Assembly: GCA_002269645.1 (NCBI GenBank)
Contig: NIVC01005265.1
Span: 1-12,945, forward strand
Length of the DNA: 12,945 bases
Reading direction: 5' to 3'
From: Macrostomum lignano
Taxonomy: Eukaryota
Shown here: positions 1 to 7,820 of the stretch, one piece after another
How positions within the stretch are numbered: the first letter of the stretch is position 1
Layout of the letters: each line of letters begins with the position of its first letter
Notes under the pieces: model-generated
What the model saw: only the letters and a program-made list of their open reading frames with translations
Told to the model about the DNA's origin: nothing
Database searches by the model: none
Program-made: the position numbers and the translations under genes

Positions 1-504
1 CTGGGATAGAGAGTCACTGGGATAGAGAGTCACTATAATAGAGAGTCACTGGGATAGATTATCACTGGGATAGAGAGTCACTGGATAGAGAGTCACTGGG
101 ATAGAGAGTCACTATAATAGAGATCACTGGGATAGAGAGTCACTAGGATAGCGTCACTAGGATAGAGAGTCACTGGGATAGCGTCACTAGGATAGAGAGT
201 CACTGGGATAGCGTCACTAGGATAGAGAGTCACTGGGATAGCGTCACTAGGATTAGAGAGTCACTGGATAGCGTCACTAGATAGAGAGTCACTGGGATAG
301 CGTCACTAGGATAGAGAGTCACTGGGATAGCGTCACTAGGATAGAGAGTCACTGGGATAGAGAGTCACTGGGATAGAGTCACTAGGATAGAGAGTCACTA
401 GGATAGCGTCACTAGGATAGAGAGTCACTGGGATAGCGTCACTAGGATAGAGAGTCACTGGGATAGCGTCACTAGGATAGAGAGTCACTGGGATAGATAG
501 TCAC
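1..504. repeat. Minisatellite of 14-16 bp units (CTGGGATAGAGAGTCA / CTAGGATAGAGAGTCA / CTGGGATAGCGTCA), truncated at the window start; intronic
   Basis: Tandem units read directly. Alternating 16- and 14-bp units form a 30-bp higher-order unit (CTAGGATAGAGAGTCACTGGGATAGCGTCA) over much of 150-480. Confidence 0.95.
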
Positions 505-692
505 TCATCTGTTCATGTAATTACCGCGAGAGTTTGCCTACTTATAATAGTAGCAATTGAAGAATATGAAGCGAATGTTTTATAACACGTGCAAAATTGA
601 CCACGGCTGCTTAGCTCACACAAATATATTCTGCATTGCTTCAGAAGCAAAACTACTTATAGTAGCATCGAGTGCAACCCCAATCATTCCAG

Positions 693-837
693 CTAGCGCG
701 CTGCCAGCTCGAAGCCCGGTGCTGAAGGCCAAAGTGGAGGCCAGCACGAAGTGCTGCGGGAGCCAAGGAGGGCGGACGGCTGACTGCTGGCATCTGAAGA
801 AGCGGCGGGTGCCGAATGTCAGAGGGCGCACGAGCAG
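693..837 (+). CDS. Exon encoding the CUPID coiled coil; frameshifted as given (at least 2, probably 5, single-base losses)
   Basis: Acceptor CATTCCAG|CTA and donor GAGCAG|GTGAGG. Length 145 nt. Frame-hopping gives LARCQLEAR / VLKAKVEASTK / LREP / HLKKRR / AECQRAHEQ; adding 2 or 5 bases restores a multiple of 3. Confidence 0.65.
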
Positions 838-3800
838 GTGAGGGTGGTTCGGAGTGTGGGATTGAGGACAATGTGGAACAGAGGGTGGCAGAGAGTGAGA
901 GAAAGTGAGAGAGAGAAAGAAAAAATGGGAAAGGGTAAGAAAGAGAAAGAGGTGGGAGAGGGTAACAGAGGGTGGTGAGGGTATAAGAGAGGTGGAGAGG
1001 TAGGAGAGGCTGGGAGAGGTGAGAGAGGTAAAGAGGGTGGGAGAGGTAAGAGAGGTAGAGAGGGTGGAAGAGGGTAAGAGAGGGTGGAAGAGGGTAAGAG
1101 AGGGTGGGAGAGGTAAAGAGAGGGTGAGAGGTAACAGAGGGGGAGAGGGTAAGAGAGGGTGGAAGAGGGTAAGAGAGGGTGGGAGAGGTAAGAGAGGTGG
1201 GAGAGGGTAACAAGGGTGGGAGAGGGTGGAGAGGGTAAGAGAGGGTGAAGAGGGTAGAGAGGGTGGGAGAGGGTAAGAGAGTGTGGGAGAGGTAAGAGAG
1301 GGTGGGAGAGGGTAAGAGAGGGTGGGAGAGGTAAGAGAGGGTGGGAGACTGTAACAGAGGGTGGGAGAGGGTAAGAGAGGTGAAGGGCATAAGGTGTGAA
1401 AGCGGTGACACCAGGTGAGACGGTACTGCAGATGGCAGCGCACTCAAAGCATGATGTCATCGCATTGCCAGCCCTCCCCACCCGCCCCCTCGCTCGCAGC
1501 TGCAGCAGACAAATCGCAAAATTCAAACTCTTCGCGCCGAGGCCGCTGCGCGAAACGGCACTTCGGCCGCTGCCACCTGCCCGGATTTCCGGCTGGGCGC
1601 TTCTATGGGCTCCCTGGCCAACGCCGGGAGCCTGGAGCTCATCTCCAACGTTAGTGCCCGGCTGCTGACTTGAAGCTTTCGGCTGGGTTGGATGGCTGTT
1701 TATTGGTTGCTAGGGGGTCCGGAGGCATGCGTTGCTGATGGACAGGGTGGAGAGTAAGAGGGTCAGGTTGAGAGAAGGTGAGAATGAGACACAGGGTGAG
1801 AGTGAGACACAGGGTGAGAGTGAGACACAGGGTGAGAGTGAGACACAGGGTGAGAGTGAGACACAGGGTGAGAGTGAGACACAGGGTGAGAGTGAGACAC
1901 AGGGTGAGAGTGAGACACAGGGTGAGACACAGGGTGAGACACAGGATGAGACACAGGGTGAGACACAGGATGAGACACAGGATGAGACACAGGATAAGAC
2001 ACAAGATGAGACACAGGTTTAGACACAGGATGAGACACAGGGTGAGAAACAGGGTAAGACACAGATGGAGACAGGGTGAGACACAGGGTGAGACACAATG
2101 TGAGAAACAGGGTGAGACACAGGATGAGACACAGATGTAGACACAGATGGAGACAGGGTGAGACACAGGGTGAGACACAGATGGAGACACAGGGTGAGAC
2201 ACAGGGTTAGACACAGGGTGAGACACAGGGTGAGCCGCAGATGGAGACACAGGGTGCAGAGAGAATTATCAAATATTGAAAAACATCAGATGCAAGGCAC
2301 TCCCATCATTCTTCTTTCTTAAAAACAATCTCGATGCCCTCAGGGCTCACAGCAGCAGCTGCTGCACAGGTTTTACACGCCCAGCCCGCGCCAGCACCAT
2401 CACCAGCACCAGCAGTCCCAGCCCGACACCTACAGCCTCTCGTCCGACATCAGCCGCGACTCGTCTGAGCAGTCTTTGAGCACTGCTCTGGTATTTCCTG
2501 GGTAAGTCAGCTCGATAAAGGAGTCTGGGACTGCTCACAGAATCTGCTCCATCTTCATGGTCACTCACCCTTCATCTGCGAGTCTGGAACTGCTCAAAGC
2601 TCCAGTTGCATCTTCACGATCTCCGATCCTCCATCTGGGATTCTGGAACTGCTCAAAGCTCCAGTTGCATCTTCACGATCTCCGATCCTTCATCTGGGAG
2701 TTTTGGACTGCTCAAAGCACCAGTTTCATCTTCACGATCTCCGATCCTTCATCTGGGAGTCTGGAACTGCTCAAAGCTCCAGTTGCATCTTCACGATCTC
2801 TGATCCTTCACCTGGGTGTCTGGACTGCTCAAAATACCAGTTGCATCTTCACGATCTCCGATCCTTCATCTGGGATTCTGGAACTGCTCAAAGCTCCAGT
2901 TGCATCTTCACGATCTCCGATCCTTCATCTGGGAGTTTGGTACTGCTCAAAGCCCCAGTTGCATCTTCACGATCTCCGATCCTCCATCTGGGATTCTGGA
3001 ACTGCTCAAAGCTGCAGTTGCATCTTCACCATCTCCGATCCTTCATCTGGGAGTTTTGGACTGCTCAAAGCACCAGTTTCATCTTCACGATCTCCGATCC
3101 TTCATCTGGGAGTTTGGTACTGCTCAAAGCTCCAGTTGCATCTTCACGATCTCTGATCCTTCATCTGGGAGTTTGGTACTGCTCAAAGCTCCAGTTGCAT
3201 CTTCACGATCTCCAATCCTTCATCTGGGAGTCTGGAACTGCTCAAAGCTCCAGTTGCATCTTCACGATCTCTGATCCTTCACCTGGGTGTCTGGGACTGC
3301 TCAAAATACCAGTTGCATCTTCACGATCTCCGATCCTTCATCTGGGATTCTGGAACTGCTCAAAGCTCCAGTTGCATCTTCACGATCTCCGATCCTCCAT
3401 CTGGGATTCTGGAACTGCTCAAAGCTCAAGCTTCATCTTCTCAGTCCCTCTCATCCTTCATCTAGTAGTCGGAAACAGCTCACAGCTTCATCGTCACCGC
3501 TATCCATCGCCTCATCCAGAAGCCTGCGGCGTCACCAACCGCCGCTTCGACATCCGACGCCATCGACGAAGGAACTGTGTCGGTGGCGCTGCGCCGGGGC
3601 GGCAGCCTGGCCGCCAAGGCTGGCTCCATGGGCCGCCGGTCCAACAGCCTGGGCGACCTGCTTGGCGAGGAGGCGCTGCTGAGAGAGCAGCAACGGATTC
3701 TGTTCCGCAACCTACCTGCGCCGGTGAACACCAGCTTCCCCGCTGGCTCGGTGGCTGCCACCGCTGCTGAGCCTCCGGTTCGGGAAGATTCACAAGCTGG

Positions 3801-4949
3801 GCCCGCATCCATCGACACGTAAGGACCCCTCTGATCACTGAGATCCCCGTAAATATCCCATCTGATCACTGAGATCCCTAAAATATCCCATCTAATCATT
3901 GAGATCCCCAAAATATCCCATCTGATCATTGAGATCCCTAAAATATCCCATCTGATTATTGAGATCCCTAAAATATCCCATCTGGTCATTGAGATCCCTA
4001 AAATATCCCACCTGATCATTGAGATCCCTAAAATATCCCATCTGATCATTGAGATCCCTAAAATATCCCATCTGATTATTGAGATCCCTAAAATATCCCA
4101 TCTGGTCATTGAGATCCCTAAAATATCCCACCTGATCATTGAGATCCCTAAAATATCCCATCTGATCGTTGAAATCTCCAAAATATCCCATCTAATCATT
4201 GAGATCCCTAAAAATGCCCCATGATCATAGAAATTCCAAAGATATCCCATCAGTCTTTCTCTCCTACAAAAGAATCTGCCAGCCGCAGTGCAGTGGCGAG
4301 TCTCAATCAATCCGTATTGAATTTTTTCCATAATATTAAATATTTCTGCTCACTCAGCTCATCTAGCGCTCCTACTAGTGATTAATTTTGCATTACCCAT
4401 ATTATGATATTATTTATTCTGGCATCCAGGCCGCTAACTGCGATAAATTAATCTTACAGTCATTGTTGTCATGCTTACTTAGCTTACTTACAAAATAAAT
4501 AAGTAAATTTATTTTATCATTCTCTACTCAATTCCCTATAGTAGACGGTAGTATTAAGCGCTTATTATTTATTTCTTACCTTATTTTTCTTTGCATGTAC
4601 TATTTAATGAATTAAATCTCGTTTCTATGCATATGGTTTGCTGTTGTACTTCATCTTTGATTTTCTCATCCTTCATTAACCTAGTCCGCCTCCCAGCTTC
4701 CTGAGCAATACCTGTTCTTATGCGCCATCATTGCACTGAGAAATATATTAACTGCATGGCACTCGATTACTTACAAGCTGCACCTTAAACAGTCTTATGA
4801 GTTTTCCACCGCAACACTTTGGCCGCAGTTTTTAGGCGGCCGAAGCTGCAGTTCACAGTGTACTTTTTTGGAATTTTTTATTAACTTTTATAGCCTCATA
4901 AATGCATTTTCTCTTGCTTTTGTAGTTTATTTATTGTTTATGCATGTCC

Positions 4950-5013
<64 letters not shown>

Positions 5014-5061
5014 GCCTGCCTGTCCGTCTGTCTGTCTGTCTGTCTGTCTGCCTGCCTGTCC

Positions 5062-5101
<40 letters not shown>

Positions 5102-5177
5102 GCCTGCCTGTCCGTCTGTCTGTCTGTCTGTCTGCCTGCCTGTCCGTCTGTCTGTCTGTCTGTCTGCCTGCCTGTCC

Positions 5178-5257
<80 letters not shown>

Positions 5258-5260
5258 GCC

Positions 5261-5297
<37 letters not shown>

Positions 5298-5344
5298 GTC
5301 CGTCTGTCTGCCTGCCTGCCTGCCTGTCTTTCTGTCTGTCTGTC

Positions 5345-5379
<35 letters not shown>

Positions 5380-7063
5380 CTGCCTGCCTGCCTGCCTGTC
5401 TTTCTGTCTGTCTGTCTGTCCGTGTGTGTGCGTGCGTGTGTGTGTCTCGCTCGGCACAGTATGCATGTCTCACTCATAAAATTGCAACTGCTAAGCAGCA
5501 TGCCTAAGACCAACAACCTAAGACCATGCCTAGGCAAATGCTGTGTACAGTTAATTGCACGCGTTGTCACCAGCTCCCAATTTTTTGTCGTCACGCACCA
5601 GCAAGTTGGCCCTTATTGAAATACTACCGCGTCTTAATGGACTCGAAGGGTGCGGCGGATCAAGATTACTGTCTTATACTGATCGTATTATATGATATCA
5701 GCGCACTATAAAGCTAGCACAGTTTCAAAAGATAATTACTGTAATGTTATCAAATCAGTTTCAAAGCTGCACACATTAACTTTTAACATGGAATCTCTGG
5801 CGTGGAACTCCAGTATACTTTATCTGACAAAAATGCAAAGTAAAGGATTGCTGTTGCGGGTTTCCTAAATCCTCTGGGCGCCATTCCCGCCCTCAGACTC
5901 TTCTTTTTTGCTAAAAATAGACACGAGCCCACCGGGTACCGCTCCCCGTCCTCAGATTCTAATTGTTGCTAAAAATAGACAAATCCTCTAGGCGCCCCTT
6001 CCCGCCCAGACTCAGACTCAGACTCTGTTGCTAAAAATAGACACGAGCCCTCTGGGGCGAGGCTCCCCGTCCTCAGATTGCCGTCTTTGCTAAAAATAGA
6101 CACGAGCCCACTGGGCAGGGCTTCCCGCCCTCAGATTGCCGTATTTGCTAAAAATAGACACGAGCCCACTGGGCGCTGTTCCCCGTCCTCAGATTCTAAT
6201 TGTTGCTAAAAATAGACAAATCCTCTGGGCAACCCTTCCCGCCCTCAGACTCTGTTGCTAAAAATATACACGAGCACTCTGGGGCGAGGCTTCCCGCCCT
6301 CAGATTGCCGTTTTTGCTACAAATAGACACGAGCCCACTGGGCGGGGCTTCCCGCCCTCAGATTGCCGTATTTGCTAAAAATAGACACGAGCCCACTGGG
6401 CGGGGCTTCCCGCCCTCAGATTGCCGTATTTGCTAAAAATAGACACGAGCCCACTGGGCGCTGTTCCCCGTCCTCAGATTCTAATTGTTTCTAAAAATAG
6501 ACAAATCCTCTGGGCGCCCCTTCCCGCCCTCAGACTCTGTTGCTAAAAATATACACGAGCACTCTGGGGCGAGGCTTCCCGCCCTCAGATTGCCGTTTTT
6601 GCTACAAATAGACACGAGCCCACTGGGCGCTGTTCCCCGTCCTCAGATTCTCCTTGTTGCTAAAAATTGACACGAGCCCTCTGGGCGCCGATACCCATCA
6701 CCCACCCCCAGATTCGGCAGCAACGACGGCAGCAGCGATCACAGCGGCAGCGCCGAGTTTCTCTCGTCGCCGCAGCAGCAGCCGCCGCGTCAGCGCCGCT
6801 ACCTGAAGAAGAGCGGCTCCGCCTCTCGCGCCATTCGCCCGCCGGGCTGCTTCTTCCAGGACCCGCTGCCGCCACTCCCGCAGACGCCGCAGCCGCTGAC
6901 GGATCAACAGCAGCAGCCGGCCCTGTCCAGCGAGGAACAGCAGCGCCGCCTGTGGCGCCGTGGCATCCTCGCCTCCGACGGCGACAGTACCAGCGTCGGT
7001 GGCAACGCCGATGGCGACGACTGCTGCTTCGAGGAGGCCTCCGATAAAAGTACTTTTCTGTGA
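693..7063 (+). CDS. FRMD4: 3' part (5 exons) of a CUPID-domain, FRMD4A/B-like cytohesin-binding scaffold gene; 5' exons, presumably including the FERM domain, lie left of the window
   Basis: GT-AG exons with consistent phases 0,0,2,2. Spliced peptide ...LKKRR(R)AECQRAHEQ|LQQTNRKIQTLR aligns by eye with human FRMD4A LKKQRKTSYLNALKKLQEIENAINENR, and DSSEQSLSTALV with FRMD4A SEDSSLSDALV. Reference sequences are recalled from memory, not searched. Confidence 0.62.
840..1390. repeat. Purine-rich degenerate tandem repeat (GAGAGGGTAA / GAGAGGGTGG units); intronic
   Basis: Almost C-free + strand with 9-10 bp recurring units; source of the spurious minus-strand ORFs rich in L, P and S. Confidence 0.93.
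1500..1649 (+). CDS. Exon, 150 nt, phase 0/0: LQQTNRKIQTLRAEAAARNGTSAAATCPDFRLGASMGSLANAGSLELISN
   Basis: Acceptor CCCCCTCGCTCGCAG|CTG and donor AAC|GTTAGT. Open frame that continues the coiled-coil pattern of the previous exon. Confidence 0.75.
1785..2255. repeat. Tandem repeat: 7 perfect 18-bp units (TGAGACACAGGGTGAGAG, 1785-1910) followed by degenerate 12-bp units (TGAGACACAGGR); intronic
   Basis: Read directly from the sequence. Confidence 0.95.
2344..2501 (+). CDS. Exon, 158 nt, phase 0/2: GSQQQLLHRFYTPSPRQHHHQHQQSQPDTYSLSSDISRDSSEQSLSTALVFP(G)
   Basis: Acceptor GCCCTCAG|GGC and donor GG|GTAAGT. Open frame containing the SEQSLSTALV motif. Confidence 0.78.
2570..3485. repeat. 59-bp minisatellite (CTGGAACTGCTCAAAGCTCCAGTTGCATCTTCACGATCTCCGATCCTTCATCTGGGAGT), about 14 conserved units plus a degenerate terminal unit; intronic
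   Basis: Unit starts at 2584, 2643, 2761 ... 3409, with some 58-bp variants. No unique spacers. Confidence 0.95.
3486..3818 (+). CDS. Exon, 333 nt, phase 2/2: FIVTAIHRLIQKPAASPTAASTSDAIDEGTVSVALRRGGSLAAKAGSMGRRSNSLGDLLGEEALLREQQRILFRNLPAPVNTSFPAGSVAATAAEPPVREDSQAGPASID(T)
   Basis: Acceptor CTCACAG|C completes the GG|C codon; donor AC|GTAAGG. Includes the track ORF 3577-3822. Confidence 0.75.
3831..4250. repeat. 30-bp minisatellite (TCTGATCATTGAGATCCCTAAAATATCCCA), about 13 units, with an exact 120-bp higher-order duplication; intronic
   Basis: 3921-4040 is identical to 4041-4160 (variant order tctgatcatt, tctgattatt, tctggtcatt, cctgatcatt). Confidence 0.95.
4945..5446. repeat. Long (TCTG)n / GACA microsatellite with TGCC and TCCG interruptions, ending in a (TG)n/(TGCG)n tail; intronic
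   Basis: Read directly; source of the LSVC and TDRQ ORFs. Confidence 0.98.
5866..6690. repeat. Higher-order minisatellite of 52-62 bp units (core TGCTAAAAATAGACACGAGCCCACTGGGCG...CCCGCCCTCAGA), about 14 units of four variant types; intronic
   Basis: Variant order a,d,a,b,c,d,a,b,c,c,d,a,b,d plus a partial unit. Most units carry a GGGCG...CGYCC inverted repeat. Confidence 0.93.
6712..7063 (+). CDS. Terminal coding exon: FGSNDGSSDHSGSAEFLSSPQQQPPRQRRYLKKSGSASRAIRPPGCFFQDPLPPLPQTPQPLTDQQQQPALSSEEQQRRLWRRGILASDGDSTSVGGNADGDDCCFEEASDKSTFL*
   Basis: Acceptor CACCCACCCCCAG|A completes AC|A (phase 2). Open to TGA at 7061-7063 in a GC-rich island. This frame is absent from the ORF track. An unrecognised exon between 3819 and 6711 cannot be excluded. 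Confidence 0.72.
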
Positions 7064-7084
7064 TACCTGGCATGTCCTGTCCTA

Positions 7085-7820
7085 TTCTAACTCTCCGACT
7101 CGTCTAATCTCCCTTATATAATCTCTCCCCTGTCTCATCTAATCTCTCATGTCTCATCTAATCTCTCATGTCTCATCTAATCTCTCATGTCTCATCTAAT
7201 CTCTCCACTGTCGCATCTAGTCTATCCACTGTTTCATCTAATCTCTTCACTGTCTCATCTAATCTCTCATGTCTCATCTAATCTCTCCAATGTCGCATCT
7301 AGTCTATCCACTGTTTCATCTAATCTCTTCACTGTCTCATCTAATCTCTCCACTGTCTCATCTAGTCTATCCACTGTTTCATCTAATCTCTTCACTGTCT
7401 CATATAATCTCTCGCCTGTCTCATCTAATCTCTCTCATGTCTCATATAATCTCTCGCCTGTCTCATATAATCTCTCGTCTGTCTCATATAATCTCTCGTC
7501 TGTCTCATATAATCTCTCGTCTGTCTCATCTACATGTAATCTCTCTCATGTCTCATCTAACTTCCCCCTATCTCATCTAATCGATCTCCACTGTCTCATC
7601 TAACCTCTTGCCTGTCTCATCTAATTTCTCTTCCCTGTCTCAACTAATCTCTCTTCCCTGTCTCATCTAATCTCTCTTCTCTCCCTGTCTCATCTAATCT
7701 CTCTCTCTGTCTCATCTACTCTCTCCCCTGTCTCTTATAATCTCTCTGTCGTGTCTCATCTCTCTCCTGTTCAATGTAATCTCTATCCTATGTTTCATCT
7801 CATCCCTCCTGTCACATCTA
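7085..7820. repeat. Pyrimidine-rich degenerate tandem repeat of 19-21 bp units (TGTCTCATCTAATCTCTCA) with an 82-bp internal duplication; 3' UTR or 3' flank
   Basis: Read directly. The TCGCATCTAGTCTATCC block recurs at 7211 and 7293. Confidence 0.92.

Noticed and set aside
616-1526. Minus-strand ORFs of 235-275 aa, including an ABC-like looking tail (SEAMQNIFV)
   Set aside because: Translations of the purine repeat and antisense to the + strand exon; no splice or motif support.
1651-2250. ORFs with GESETQ, HRVRVR or LCLT repeats
   Set aside because: All frames are open because of 18-bp and 12-bp units lacking stops.
2570-3485. CRISPR-like array or repeat-protein ORFs (199, 355 and 152 aa)
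   Set aside because: Contiguous 59-bp units with no unique spacers and no cas genes. The unit length is not a multiple of 3, so the ORFs cycle through frames. The region lies within a spliceosomal intron.
2570-4250. Hammerhead ribozyme / retrozyme repeats
   Set aside because: No CTGANGA...GAAA core in a proper stem arrangement on either strand; the nearest match is CAGATGA.
3480-4331. 283-aa minus-strand ORF with MIRWDILGIS repeats
   Set aside because: In-frame 30-bp repeat plus the antisense of a real exon.
4492-4515. AAAATAAAT/ATTTATTTT inverted repeat
   Set aside because: Low-complexity AT sequence.
4868-5594. LSVC and TDRQ ORFs
   Set aside because: Microsatellite translations.
5866-6690. 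CRISPR array (palindromic repeat plus variable segment)
   Set aside because: The variable parts are four recurring variants, not unique spacers; eukaryotic intron context.
5866-6690. Definite Helitron 3' ends (hairpin followed by CTRR)
   Set aside because: CTAA lies about 12-17 nt after the stem, mostly further than is typical, and there is no 5' TC end or Rep/helicase. Kept only as a hypothesis.
6660-7073. Track ORFs 6667-7047 (+), 6660-7073 (-) and 6698-6907 (-)
   Set aside because: Shadow frames of the GC-rich terminal exon; the phase-consistent frame starts at 6713.
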